DNA of 64,000 nucleotides from Lachnospiraceae bacterium UBA5899 (GTDB taxonomy: Bacteria > Bacillota > Clostridia > Lachnospirales > Lachnospiraceae): positions 20,834-84,833 of the forward strand of contig DJEL01000015.1 in assembly GCA_002432425.1 (NCBI GenBank), read 5' to 3'. The translations under genes were made by a program, and so were the position numbers. This document shows positions 35,699 through 45,778 of the stretch, in pieces. Within the stretch, counting starts at the first letter, position 1. Each line of letters opens with the position of its first letter. The notes under the pieces were generated by a model that was given only the letters and a program-made list of their open reading frames with translations, was not told the DNA's origin and searched no databases.

Positions 35699-36667
35699 AT
35701 GCAGATGATTGCAAAGGCAAAAAAAGTGTTAAGTGATCCCGACCAGACCAAGAGCTTCTTAAACAGTGTGAAAAACCTCTTAGTCAACCTGCTGCGTGCA
35801 GCCATTCTGATTGGCGTCGGCTATGTAATTCTTTCTCCGGTAATCGGTATTATCGTAAACTCCATCTCATCCAACAAGGATGCTTACAATCCGATGGTGT
35901 TCGTATTACCGCAGTTCCCCACATTGGAGCGATACGCCTTGGTTATAGAAAGAATGAATTATTTCCCTACCATGTTTAAGGATCTTCTTTATACCCTGAC
36001 ACTGACGGCACTGCAGCTTTTAGTGTGTTCCATGGTAGGTTACGGATTTGCAAGATTTGATTTCCCTCTTAAAAAGTTACTGTTCGGATGCGTGGTAGTC
36101 ATGATTGTCATCCCGGCACATACCATCATGCTTCCCTTATACATGACTTTCAAGAGCTTTGATCCGTTTGGTATTGTTTCCGCCATCAAAGGTACACCGG
36201 GTATCATGGGTACGGTTGTTCCCATGTATATCATGACGCTGCTCGGATGCGGTGTCCGTTCCGGTCTTTACATTTATATTTTCAACCAGTTCTTCCGCGG
36301 ACTTCCCAAAGAAATCGAAGAAGCGGCACTGGTAGACGGATGCGGTGTATGGTATACTTATTTCAGAATCATGTTAATCAATGCAATGCCCGCTGTCATT
36401 ACGGTAGCAGTATTCTCTATCGTATGGCAGTTCAATGATACTTTTTATGCGAAGCTATTTCTGATTAGCGAGGACGTGGTAATCAGTAAGAAGATTTCCA
36501 GTTTGCAGGCGGTTATTGCAAACGCGGATAAAATCTTAGATACTACCATTCAGGAACTTTACCTGGATGCCGGTATCGTACTCATTATCTTACCGATACT
36601 TATCATTTACCTCGTTTTACAGAAATACTTTATAGAGGGTGTGGAGAGAAGTGGTATCGTAGGCTAA
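35699..36667 (+). CDS. carbohydrate ABC transporter permease (second system, MalG-like)
   Basis: EAA loop EEAALVDGCGVWYTYFRIMLINAMP in a six-TM pattern. Confidence 0.85.
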   Translation: MQMIAKAKKVLSDPDQTKSFLNSVKNLLVNLLRAAILIGVGYVILSPVIGIIVNSISSNKDAYNPMVFVLPQFPTLERYALVIERMNYFPTMFKDLLYTLTLTALQLLVCSMVGYGFARFDFPLKKLLFGCVVVMIVIPAHTIMLPLYMTFKSFDPFGIVSAIKGTPGIMGTVVPMYIMTLLGCGVRSGLYIYIFNQFFRGLPKEIEEAALVDGCGVWYTYFRIMLINAMPAVITVAVFSIVWQFNDTFYAKLFLISEDVVISKKISSLQAVIANADKILDTTIQELYLDAGIVLIILPILIIYLVLQKYFIEGVERSGIVG

Positions 36668-36713
36668 TGTCACGCACGCCCCAACTCAACTTTTCAAAAA
36701 ACAAAAAGGAGGA

Positions 36714-38594
36714 ATGAAGAAGTTGAAGAAGAAAATTTTATCCTGCCTTCTGGCAGGCGCCATGGTTCTGTCTTTAGCAGCATGTGGCGACAACACAAAT
36801 GAATCGGCATCCAATGACGGTTCCACAACACCGGCTGAAAGCCAGGACAATACCGTGGCTGACGAAGCTGCAAGCATCGACTTCGAAGATGGCAATATGG
36901 GCTTCGTAGCACCGTATTTGCAGAAGGGTGATGCCGCACAGGTAGAACTTTCCATCGTAGATTATAACGGCAGCAAAGCACTGCAGGTTAAGAATGTGGA
37001 TGAAAAAGTTCCCTATGTAGCATTTGATGCAACCAGCCTTTTGGGTGCTGACGTTGCAAAGGTAGCAACAATTGAAATGACGTTAGGTGTTTCCTATGAC
37101 GATGGCAGCTTCAATGCCGTAGCAGGTGACCTGATTGCATGGAGTGGTGAAGACCTCACCGAATCCACCGATCCCTGGAGCGTTTATATGGAAAACCAGA
37201 ATCCCAAGAAGGCAGCTATGACCTTAGGCGAAGGTGAAGAATTCATTGCTGATGCAGGCAACATCTTCATGATTAACTTAAAAACAGACAACGGTCTTAC
37301 CGACGGAAAGGGTGCAGCGACTCTTTACATCGACAACATCCGTTTCTTAGATGCTTCCGGAAATCTTTTAACCGCAGATTCTTCCGTAGCATTTGCAGCT
37401 CCTGCCGGATTTGAAGGCAGCACAGGAGTTGACCCTAACCTTTACATCGTATCCGGTGCAGTTGAATTTGCTGATTTCGCATGCACAGGCGATGCATGGA
37501 GCCAGAACGGTTTTGACATTCCTGAAGATGTACTTGCAGCATTAGTACCCGGTTCTGTAGTAGAATTAAGCTTCAGCAGCGAAGACGGCGACCTCTGGTT
37601 AGTAATGCCCGATTCCGCAGCAGGCTGGATGAGAGTCGGTGTTGGTAATGCAGACGGCAGCGGCAGCGCAGATGCTGTTTGCTCCAACGGCGTATGCCAG
37701 GTAACCTACGAGCAGTTAGCAGCAGTTCTTGGTGATGACACCTCTACATGGGGCGGCAGAATGCAGGCTGAATCCGATACCGCATGGGAAGTATTCAGCG
37801 TAAAGGTTGGCCAGGGCGCAAGCGTTCTTGCAACTTCAAACCCCGTTGAATTCGCAGGCTTTGCTTGCTCCGGTGATGCATGGAGCCAGAACGGCTTTGA
37901 CTTTACCGAAGATGTACTTGCAGCATTAGTTCCCGGAACCGCTCTGGAGTTAAGCTACACCAGCGAAAGCGGCGACCTTTGGACTGTATTCCCTGACTCC
38001 GCAGCAGGCTGGATGAGAGTCGGTGTTGGCAATGCAGACGGCAGCGGCAGCGCAGATGCAATCTGCTACGATGGCAAGTGCTATATTCCTTATGACATGA
38101 TCGTTGCAGCTCTTGGAGAAGACAGCTCTGCATGGGGCGGAAGACTTCAGGCTGAATCCGATACCGCGTGGGAAGTTTACAGCGTAAATGTTGTAAATGC
38201 TACTCCGATGACTCCGGCAGGCAACTATGTTGCATTTGAAGGTGCAGCATGCTCTGGTGATGCATGGAGCCAGAACGGTGCAGACATTACCGAAGAAGTA
38301 CTTGCAGCATTAGTACCCGGTTCCGTAGTAACCATTAACTTCAGCAGCGAAGACGGCGACCTTTGGATTGTAATGCCCGATTCCGCAGCAGGCTGGATGA
38401 GAGTTGGTGTTGGTAACGCAGACGGCAGCGGCAGCGCAGATGCTGCATGCTTAAACGGTACCTGCCAGGTAACCTATGACATGTTAGCAGCAGTTCTCGG
38501 TGATGATACTTCTACATGGGGCGGCAGAATGCAGTTTGAATCTGACACCGCATGGGAAGTTTACAGCGTAAGCGTAGGCCAGGCTGCAAGATAA
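36714..38594 (+). CDS. surface lipoprotein: N-terminal CBM-like domain plus three 128-aa tandem repeats
   Basis: Lipobox SLAACG. The N-terminal beta-sandwich-like domain ends in ATLYIDNIRFLD. Three repeats follow, each with GDAWSQNG and DSAAGWMRVGVGNADGSGSADA cores. The start is uncertain, as GGAGG is only 1 nt from ATG 36714. Confidence 0.7.
   Translation: MKKLKKKILSCLLAGAMVLSLAACGDNTNESASNDGSTTPAESQDNTVADEAASIDFEDGNMGFVAPYLQKGDAAQVELSIVDYNGSKALQVKNVDEKVPYVAFDATSLLGADVAKVATIEMTLGVSYDDGSFNAVAGDLIAWSGEDLTESTDPWSVYMENQNPKKAAMTLGEGEEFIADAGNIFMINLKTDNGLTDGKGAATLYIDNIRFLDASGNLLTADSSVAFAAPAGFEGSTGVDPNLYIVSGAVEFADFACTGDAWSQNGFDIPEDVLAALVPGSVVELSFSSEDGDLWLVMPDSAAGWMRVGVGNADGSGSADAVCSNGVCQVTYEQLAAVLGDDTSTWGGRMQAESDTAWEVFSVKVGQGASVLATSNPVEFAGFACSGDAWSQNGFDFTEDVLAALVPGTALELSYTSESGDLWTVFPDSAAGWMRVGVGNADGSGSADAICYDGKCYIPYDMIVAALGEDSSAWGGRLQAESDTAWEVYSVNVVNATPMTPAGNYVAFEGAACSGDAWSQNGADITEEVLAALVPGSVVTINFSSEDGDLWIVMPDSAAGWMRVGVGNADGSGSADAACLNGTCQVTYDMLAAVLGDDTSTWGGRMQFESDTAWEVYSVSVGQAAR
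37461..38591 (+). repeat. three in-frame tandem repeats of 384 bp inside the lipoprotein gene
   Basis: Repeat starts GTTGAATTTGC 37461, GTTGAATTCGC 37845 and GTTGCATTTGA 38229. Long near-identical nucleotide stretches such as GCAGCAGGCTGGATGAGAGT.GGTGTTGG.AA.GCAGACGGCAGCGGCAGCGCAGATGC. Confidence 0.9.
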
Positions 38595-38638
38595 TTTGGA
38601 TATTGCAAAATGCAACTATTTAGGAGGAATTAAAAAGA

Positions 38639-40126
38639 ATGAAGAATTTAAAGAAATTTTTAGCTCTTGGCCTTGCTGTATGCATGACTCTGTCTGTAGC
38701 AGCTTGTGGCAAGACCGGAACCAATGACGGTAACGGCGGCAGCACCAACAACGGCGGCGCTTCCACTCCTTCCGGACACAACAGCGAAATTACCATCGGT
38801 ACCTGGTGGGTTCAGTACTACGACAGCTCACAGTCCAAGGTAGAAGATGACCCTTCTTATGCAGCTAACGTTGATGCAGAAGGCGATGATGACGCAAAGA
38901 AGGAAGAAAAAGCGTTCAACCGCGGCATCGCAGAAAAGAAGCTGGCTAACGTTAAGAAAATCGAAGAGAAATATGATGTTAAATTCTACTGGACCAACTT
39001 AACCTACAACGGTGTTAAGGAATCCATCAACAACTCTATCTTAGCAGGTTCACCTGATTGTGATATCTACTTAGTAGAGCCCGGATTTGGTATTCCCGCT
39101 CAGTACAATGGCTTAGCTATCGACTTAAAGACCATTTTACCGGAAGACCATGACATCTTCACAACCCAGACGGTTGCTACTTACTTAGACCTTGGCGACG
39201 GCAAGGCCTGCCTCATCAAGCAGCAGGCTGCTGAACAGCAGGTTGCAGATACCTATCCTTTGGCATTCAACGTACAGATGCTTGAGGAAAACAACCTCGA
39301 AGATCCCCGCGACCTGTGGGAACGCGGTGAATGGACATGGGATAAGTTCAACGAATACATGAAGGTTCTGACCCAGGATACCGATGGTGACGGACAGACC
39401 GACCAGTACGGATACTGCGGTTACGAAAATGAAACCTTTGAACAGCTTTGCATGAGCAACGGTACCGGCGTAGCAGGCGGCCAGACAGAAACCCTGTCTT
39501 CTGCAGCAACCGGAGAAGTTCTTCAGGAAATGTATGATATGTACAACACCTGGAATGTATGCTATCCTTATGATTTTGAAGGAAATCCTTCCGATTCCAT
39601 GAGATATCAGTACAGAGAAGGTAACATCGGTTTCTTCCCTGCAGCAGCATGGATTCTTGCAGCTAACGCTGACTACGACTACGATGGAAGCAAGGGTACT
39701 ACCATTCCTTTCGATATCGCATTTGTTCGTTGGCCGGTAGGACCTAACGGTAACAAAGATACCAACCCCGGTAAGAACGACGTAGCAGGTGCATGCTACA
39801 TTATCCCTACCGGTGTTCAGGAGCCTGAATTGGTATTCAATGTATTATATGATATGTGGAACTGGTACGATGGTGATACCACGCAGCGTGACAACAAGGC
39901 AGCTCTGAACTGGTGGTATTTAACAACCGGTAAGACCGAAGATTACCAGAATGCAAACTTTGCAGTTATGCAGGAATGCGGTTCCAAGACAACCTTCGAT
40001 TTAATCTGGTCCCTGGATGTAAACTATGATTTACAGTACTTAATCAAGGGTGAAATGACACCTGCCCAGATTCAGGAAACCCATAAGCAGGAAGTTCAGG
40101 ATGGACTTGATGCATACTACAAATAA
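38639..40126 (+). CDS. carbohydrate ABC transporter substrate-binding lipoprotein (family 1 SBP)
   Basis: Lipobox SVAACG followed by a G/N/T-rich linker, then a typical sugar-SBP body. AGGAGG RBS and highly-expressed-type codon choice. Confidence 0.85.
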   Translation: MKNLKKFLALGLAVCMTLSVAACGKTGTNDGNGGSTNNGGASTPSGHNSEITIGTWWVQYYDSSQSKVEDDPSYAANVDAEGDDDAKKEEKAFNRGIAEKKLANVKKIEEKYDVKFYWTNLTYNGVKESINNSILAGSPDCDIYLVEPGFGIPAQYNGLAIDLKTILPEDHDIFTTQTVATYLDLGDGKACLIKQQAAEQQVADTYPLAFNVQMLEENNLEDPRDLWERGEWTWDKFNEYMKVLTQDTDGDGQTDQYGYCGYENETFEQLCMSNGTGVAGGQTETLSSAATGEVLQEMYDMYNTWNVCYPYDFEGNPSDSMRYQYREGNIGFFPAAAWILAANADYDYDGSKGTTIPFDIAFVRWPVGPNGNKDTNPGKNDVAGACYIIPTGVQEPELVFNVLYDMWNWYDGDTTQRDNKAALNWWYLTTGKTEDYQNANFAVMQECGSKTTFDLIWSLDVNYDLQYLIKGEMTPAQIQETHKQEVQDGLDAYYK

Positions 40127-40152
40127 GTCTTAATGACAGACTAAACAATGGA

Positions 40153-40171
40153 GGGGCGGGTACTCCGCCCC
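40153..40171 (+). other. GC-rich intra-operon hairpin after the SBP gene
   Basis: GGGGCGG-GTACT-CCGCCCC with no strong T-run. It overlaps the spurious 40148 start. Confidence 0.5.
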
Positions 40172-40192
40172 CTACCATTTATGGAGGACATA

Positions 40193-41215
40193 ATGAGTGA
40201 TATTAAGATGATTGCCCCTGCAGTGCCCAATGTTCCCTGGCAGGAACGTCCTGAAGGCTTAAAAGGGGCTCCAATTTGGAGATATACAGAAAATCCTATT
40301 ATCGGACGTAACCCGGTAGAAGGCGTTGCCAGAATTTTCAACAGTGCCGTAATGCCTTACAACGGCGAATTTATCGGCGTATTCCGCGGAGAGCAGACCA
40401 ACGGTATTCCTTATATTTACTTAGGACACAGCAAGGATGCTATTCACTGGGATTTTGAAAAGGATAAGATTCCTTTCGTAGATGAGAACGGCAATTCTTT
40501 CATGCCTTATTATGCATATGACCCGAGATTAGTTAAGGTAGAAGATACCTACTACATCATCTGGTGTCAGGATTTCTACGGCGCTTCCATCGGTATGGCA
40601 AAGACGAAAGATTTCAAGACCTTTGTCAGACTGGAGAACCCGTTTATTCCGTTCAACAGAAACGCAGTACTGTTTCCTCGTAAGATTAACGGCAAGTACA
40701 TGTTACTTTCCAGACCTTCCGACAGCGGACATACTCCTTTTGGCGATATCTTCTTAAGCGAAAGCCCTGATATGGTTTACTGGGGAAAGCACAGACATGT
40801 AATGGGAAGAAGCAGCGAATGGTGGGAATCTGTTAAGATTGGCGGCGGTGCAGCTCCTATCGAGACAAGCGAAGGCTGGTTGTTGTTCTACCATGGTGTA
40901 AGCGGCACCTGCAACGGTTTCGTTTACAGCATTGGCGGTGCTATTCTTGACCTTGACAATCCTTCCATCGTGAAGTATCGTTGTGAAACCTTCCTTCTCA
41001 CTCCTGAAGAGTGGTATGAGGAAAGAGGTTTCGTACCTAACGTAGTATTCCCCTGCGCAACCATTCATGATCCCGAATCCGGAAAGATTGCAATCTACTA
41101 CGGATGTGCAGACAGCTATGTAGGACTTGCCTTTACTAAGTTTGATGAAATCGTAGATTACATCAAGACACACAGTGTGGTAAGACAGGAAGATACCGAA
41201 ATCGGTATTCGATAA
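40193..41215 (+). CDS. GH130 beta-1,4-mannooligosaccharide phosphorylase-type (GH130_2-like)
   Basis: About 340 aa. GGAGGA lies 4 nt before ATG 40193. Motifs NPIIGRNP, FNSAV, YDPRLVKVEDTYYIIW, FNRNAVLFPRKINGKY and YYGCADS are typical of GH130. Confidence 0.85.
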   Translation: MSDIKMIAPAVPNVPWQERPEGLKGAPIWRYTENPIIGRNPVEGVARIFNSAVMPYNGEFIGVFRGEQTNGIPYIYLGHSKDAIHWDFEKDKIPFVDENGNSFMPYYAYDPRLVKVEDTYYIIWCQDFYGASIGMAKTKDFKTFVRLENPFIPFNRNAVLFPRKINGKYMLLSRPSDSGHTPFGDIFLSESPDMVYWGKHRHVMGRSSEWWESVKIGGGAAPIETSEGWLLFYHGVSGTCNGFVYSIGGAILDLDNPSIVKYRCETFLLTPEEWYEERGFVPNVVFPCATIHDPESGKIAIYYGCADSYVGLAFTKFDEIVDYIKTHSVVRQEDTEIGIR

Positions 41216-41230
41216 TGAAATGTTAAACTC

Positions 41231-41260
41231 TATGTGGGAGGTGCTTGCATCTCCCACATA
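41231..41260 (+). other. perfect 10-bp hairpin between GH130 and the esterase gene
   Basis: TATGTGGGAG (41231-41240) pairs with CTCCCACATA (41251-41260) across a 10-nt loop. No T-run. Confidence 0.6.
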
Positions 41261-41288
41261 TGCGATAAAACAGAGGAAACATGTGAAG

Positions 41289-42353
41289 ATGAGAGAATGT
41301 GAAAAAAGGATTTTTCCTTCGGATGAAGTATTAACTTACAGCGGCAGAATTGATTTTGACAAGAAGGATGCCCCCGTATTTGTATATCCCTGCACATCCG
41401 TAAGATTTGCGGTAAAGGGAAAAAACGTGTGGGTCGTAATGGAGAACTTCCGTTGCTATTTTGAAAACTCGGTAGGAGTTTTAGTGGACGGAGATTACAA
41501 AGGAAAATGCATACTGCCGGATGAAGGCGGTGTAGAGATAGATATTTCGGCATTCTTGGATGGAGGCGAACATGAAGTTGCCATCTTTAAGAGACAGGAT
41601 GCCAGCCATTATGTGGCTTTTTTTGGCCTGATTACGGGAAAAGATACGGAAATCAGCAAATCCAAGGTACAGTTTGCAAGAAGAATAGAAGTGTATGGGG
41701 ACTCCGTTTCCGCAGGGGAAGTTTCGGAAGCGGTAGCAAGAGCCGGACTGTCCGACCCGGAAAACAACGGCGAATATTCCAACAGCTTTTATTCCTATTC
41801 CTGGCTTTGCGCCAGAAAGCTCCATGCGGATATCCATGATGTGGCGCAGGGCGGCATTGCCCTTCTGCACGGACAGGGATATTTTGCAGGACCGGATTAC
41901 ACCGGAATGGAAGAAAGCTATGACAAGATAGAGATGAACCCTTACTTAGGGGAAACAAAGCCCTGGGATTTTTCAAAGTATACCCCCCATGTGGTGATAG
42001 TGGCATTCGGACAGAACGATGCCAACCCGGTCAACTATATGGCGGAGGACTATGAGGGAGAACAGGCAAAGCACTGGAGAGCGGAGTACCGGAAATTTAT
42101 AGAAACGATTAAGAAAAAGTACCCGAAGTGCGAAATCATACTGGCAACTACCATTCTGAATCATGATGCTGCCTGGGACAGGGCTATCGGACAGGTGGCA
42201 GAGGAAATGCAGGATAAGCATGTGCATCATTTCCTGTATACAAACAACGGCTGCGGTACGCACGGACATATCCGTATACCGGAGGCGGAGAAAATGGCAG
42301 AGGAACTTTCCGGATTTATAGAGAGCCTGGGAGAGGAAATCTGGAAAGATTGA
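41289..42353 (+). CDS. CE2-like acetyl esterase (N-terminal beta-sandwich plus SGNH hydrolase)
   Basis: The SGNH blocks are YGDSVSAGE (Ser), GQNDAN, and His in GTHGH. The start is uncertain (GTG 41283 or ATG 41289); the 41220 start runs through the hairpin. Confidence 0.75.
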   Translation: MRECEKRIFPSDEVLTYSGRIDFDKKDAPVFVYPCTSVRFAVKGKNVWVVMENFRCYFENSVGVLVDGDYKGKCILPDEGGVEIDISAFLDGGEHEVAIFKRQDASHYVAFFGLITGKDTEISKSKVQFARRIEVYGDSVSAGEVSEAVARAGLSDPENNGEYSNSFYSYSWLCARKLHADIHDVAQGGIALLHGQGYFAGPDYTGMEESYDKIEMNPYLGETKPWDFSKYTPHVVIVAFGQNDANPVNYMAEDYEGEQAKHWRAEYRKFIETIKKKYPKCEIILATTILNHDAAWDRAIGQVAEEMQDKHVHHFLYTNNGCGTHGHIRIPEAEKMAEELSGFIESLGEEIWKD

Positions 42354-42363
42354 TGGTGAAAAT

Positions 42364-43407
42364 ATGGCGAAAATGAAAAAATCTGTAACCATGTCAGATA
42401 TTGCAGAACGCCTGGAGGTAAGCACGGTGACGGTTTCCAAAGCATTGTCCGGACAAAAAGGTGTAAGTGAGGAAATGCGGGAAAAAATCAAGGAGCTGGC
42501 GGAAGAAATGGGCTACCGGATGCCGGTGAGTACGAAAACCCAGCTCGCGAGAAAAAGTCACAACATCGGCGTTCTCATATCGGAACGGTATCTGGCGGAG
42601 TACGACTCCTTTTACTGGAGAATGTACAGGGAAGTAGCGGACAGGGCAATCCAGAAAGAATGTTTTACCCTGTTTGAAATTATCAGCGAGGAAACGGAGT
42701 CTGCACACATTCTGCCCCGTATCATCGAAGAAAAGAAAGCGGACGGTGTGATTGTCATTGGTAAACCCGGTTATGACTATGGTAAATTTTTGAAAGAACA
42801 TACCAATATACCTTTGGTGTATCTGGATTTTTACGAAACGGACGGCATTGTGGACTGCTTTATTTCAGACGGATTTTACGGCACGTACCTTCTGACCAAT
42901 TATCTGTATGAAAAAGGTCACAGGGATATTGCCTACGTAGGTACTCTTTTTGCAACGGAAAGTATTACCGACCGGTATTTAGGCTATGTAAAGGCGTTAA
43001 TTGAGCACGGCATCAGGCCGAGAGAGGACTACCTCATTCCCGACCGTGATGTAAAGAGCGGTTTAAGAAGCAATTACGGGGACTATGATTTCCCCAAGCA
43101 GATGCCCACCGCCTTTGTGTGCAACTGCGACTTTATTGCCAGCCTGGTAATTAAATCCCTGACGGAGAGAGGATACCGGGTACCGGAGGATGTTTCCGTA
43201 GTAGGTTTCGATAATTTCTTATATCCGCCCAGCCTGACGGATGTGCCGATTACGACCTATGAGGTAGACATGAAGGAAATGGCAAAGGGCGCCATCAATA
43301 CCATTATCAAAAAGATAAACAAAGAACCCTACAAGAAAAAAATACACATTGTGGAAGGTCATCTGATTGAAAAAGACAGTGTGAAGGAAAGGAAGATAAA
43401 AGAATGA
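42364..43407 (+). CDS. LacI-family transcriptional regulator
   Basis: N-terminal HTH VTMSDIAERLEVSTVTVSKALSG and a periplasmic-binding-like effector domain. Confidence 0.9.
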   Translation: MAKMKKSVTMSDIAERLEVSTVTVSKALSGQKGVSEEMREKIKELAEEMGYRMPVSTKTQLARKSHNIGVLISERYLAEYDSFYWRMYREVADRAIQKECFTLFEIISEETESAHILPRIIEEKKADGVIVIGKPGYDYGKFLKEHTNIPLVYLDFYETDGIVDCFISDGFYGTYLLTNYLYEKGHRDIAYVGTLFATESITDRYLGYVKALIEHGIRPREDYLIPDRDVKSGLRSNYGDYDFPKQMPTAFVCNCDFIASLVIKSLTERGYRVPEDVSVVGFDNFLYPPSLTDVPITTYEVDMKEMAKGAINTIIKKINKEPYKKKIHIVEGHLIEKDSVKERKIKE

Positions 43408-44576
43408 GCATGGCAGATGAAATGAGGGAGCATTTACAAAATCATATTGTTCCCTTCTGGCAGAAATTAGAAGATAAGGAGTACGGCGGATTTTACGGCT
43501 ACATGGGTCCCGACCTTGTCGTAGACAAAAAGGCGGTAAAGGGCTGTATCTTAAACAGCCGTATTTTATGGTTTTTCTCCAATGCATCCATGGCGCTTGC
43601 AGACAAGGAGCTCTTAAAGGATGCGGAGTGTGCTTATGATTTTATGACAAAGTACTGCTTTGATAAAGAATACGGCGGCATTTTCTGGTCCGTTACCTAC
43701 GACGGCAGGCCGGAAGATACCACAAAGCATATTTACAATCAGGCGTTTGCCGTATATGCACTTTCTTCTTATTATGCGGCATCAGGAAAGGAAGAAGCAC
43801 TGGCGCATGCCATGGAACTTTTCCATATCATTGAGGAGAAGGGCTTTGACGAAGGCGGCTACAAGGAAGCGCTGGACAGAACCTTTGCACCGGCAGCCAA
43901 CGACAAGCTTTCCGAAAACGGCGTCATGGCGGACAGAACCATGAACACTCTGCTTCATGTATTTGAAGCCTACACCGAACTGTACCGCGTTTCCAAAAAC
44001 GAAGCAGTGGGCAAGAAGCTCCGCTGGATTTTAGAGACCTTCCGTACAAAGATTTACAACCCTGAAAAGCATAGACAGGAAGTATTCTTTGATAACGATA
44101 TGAACAGTATCATTGACCTGCATTCCTTCGGTCACGACATCGAGACCGCATGGCTTTTGGACAGAGGCCTGGATACCCTGGGCGACGAAGCCTATAAGAA
44201 GGAATGGGACGGCATTGTTGCCGACCTCGTTGCGGAAGTCTACAAGGATGCTTATTACAACCATTCCATGTCTAACGAATGCGAGAGAGGCGTTGTGGAC
44301 AGGAAGAGAGTATGGTGGGTACAGGCAGAAAGCGTTGTGGGTTACTACAATGAATACCAGAAGCATCCGGAGCATAAGGAATACTTACAGGCTTCCGAAG
44401 ACATCTGGAACTTTATCAAGACCTATGTGATTGATAAGAGAGAGGGCAGCGAATGGTTCATGCATGTGGACGACGAAGGCAGACCTGAAGAAGACAAGCC
44501 CATTGTGGAACCCTGGAAGTGTCCTTACCACAACGGACGTATGTGCATGGAAATTATGAGGAGGATGGCGAAATGA
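43404..44576 (+). CDS. AGE-superfamily cellobiose/mannobiose 2-epimerase
   Basis: [27 protein letters not shown] and [10 protein letters not shown] are typical of cellobiose 2-epimerases. 4-nt overlaps on both sides. Confidence 0.85.
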   Translation: MSMADEMREHLQNHIVPFWQKLEDKEYGGFYGYMGPDLVVDKKAVKGCILNSRILWFFSNASMALADKELLKDAECAYDFMTKYCFDKEYGGIFWSVTYDGRPEDTTKHIYNQAFAVYALSSYYAASGKEEALAHAMELFHIIEEKGFDEGGYKEALDRTFAPAANDKLSENGVMADRTMNTLLHVFEAYTELYRVSKNEAVGKKLRWILETFRTKIYNPEKHRQEVFFDNDMNSIIDLHSFGHDIETAWLLDRGLDTLGDEAYKKEWDGIVADLVAEVYKDAYYNHSMSNECERGVVDRKRVWWVQAESVVGYYNEYQKHPEHKEYLQASEDIWNFIKTYVIDKREGSEWFMHVDDEGRPEEDKPIVEPWKCPYHNGRMCMEIMRRMAK

Positions 44577-45751
44577 TTCACCGGAAGTATTATGAATTAA
44601 AAGAAAAGCAGGACCGGTTCTTAAACAGAAAGAACGAAGTGGATCCCAAGTTTTACAACGGTATCTACGACAGATATGTAAATCCTGTTCTGACAAGAGA
44701 CACTTTACCCATTGAATGGCAGTATGACTTAAATGCCGAAACCAATCCTTATTTTGAAGAAAGACTGGGCATCAATGCCGTTATGAACTCCGGCGCCCTT
44801 TACTTAAACGGCAAGTACTATTTAGTGGCACGTATCGAAGGAAACGACAGAAAGTCCTTCTTCGGCGTGGCAGAAAGCGACAACGGCGTGGACGGTTTCA
44901 AATTCTGGGATTACCCGGTAGTTCTGCCGGATACCTGCCCGGAAGAAACCAATGTTTACGATATGAGACTCACCAAGCATGAGGACGGCTATATCTACGG
45001 TGTATTCTGCTCCGAGAGCAAGGATACCGAAAGCAAGGATTTATCCGCAGCCGTAGCGGCAGCCGGCATTGTGCGAACCAAGGACTTAAAGACCTGGGAA
45101 AGACTGCCGAACTTAAAGACCCTGCATTCTCCCCAGCAGAGAAACGTAGTGCTGCATCCCGAATTCGTGGACGGCAAATATGCATTCTATACCAGACCCA
45201 TGGATGATTTCATCGACACCGGTTCCGGCGGCGGCATCGGCTTCGGTCTGTGCGATGACATTACCAATGCGGTAATCGACGAAGAGAAGATGACCAGCAT
45301 CCGCAAGTACCACACCATTACCGAGGTTAAGAACGGTGCCGGTGCGGTTCCCATCAAGACCGACAGAGGCTGGATTCACATTGCGCACGGTGTAAGAAAC
45401 ACCGCAGCAGGTCTTCGTTATGTGGTTTATGCATTTGCTACCGACTTAAACGACCCTTCCAAGGTGATTGCAGAGCCCTCCGGCATGTTAATCGGACCCA
45501 GAGGATGGGAAAGAGTGGGAGATGTTTCCAACGTCGTATTCACCAACGGTGCTGTGGTAAACGAAAAGAACGAAGTCTTCATTTACTATGCATCCAGTGA
45601 TACCAGACTGCATGTGGCAACCACCACCATTGACAAATTAGCGGATTATGTGTTCAACACCCCGAAGGATCCTCTCCGCAGCCCCGACTGTGTAAAGCAG
45701 CGCTGCGAGCTGATTAAAAAGAATTTAGAGCTTCTGGCAGCCGAAAAATAG
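44573..45751 (+). CDS. GH130 4-O-beta-D-mannosyl-D-glucose phosphorylase-type (GH130_1-like)
   Basis: About 392 aa. ATGA overlap with the epimerase. N-terminal [23 protein letters not shown] and [28 protein letters not shown] resemble BfMGP/RaMP1-type enzymes. Confidence 0.85.
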   Translation: MIHRKYYELKEKQDRFLNRKNEVDPKFYNGIYDRYVNPVLTRDTLPIEWQYDLNAETNPYFEERLGINAVMNSGALYLNGKYYLVARIEGNDRKSFFGVAESDNGVDGFKFWDYPVVLPDTCPEETNVYDMRLTKHEDGYIYGVFCSESKDTESKDLSAAVAAAGIVRTKDLKTWERLPNLKTLHSPQQRNVVLHPEFVDGKYAFYTRPMDDFIDTGSGGGIGFGLCDDITNAVIDEEKMTSIRKYHTITEVKNGAGAVPIKTDRGWIHIAHGVRNTAAGLRYVVYAFATDLNDPSKVIAEPSGMLIGPRGWERVGDVSNVVFTNGAVVNEKNEVFIYYASSDTRLHVATTTIDKLADYVFNTPKDPLRSPDCVKQRCELIKKNLELLAAEK

Positions 45752-45778
45752 AACCTTTTTTGAGAAAGGCAGGAAAAT

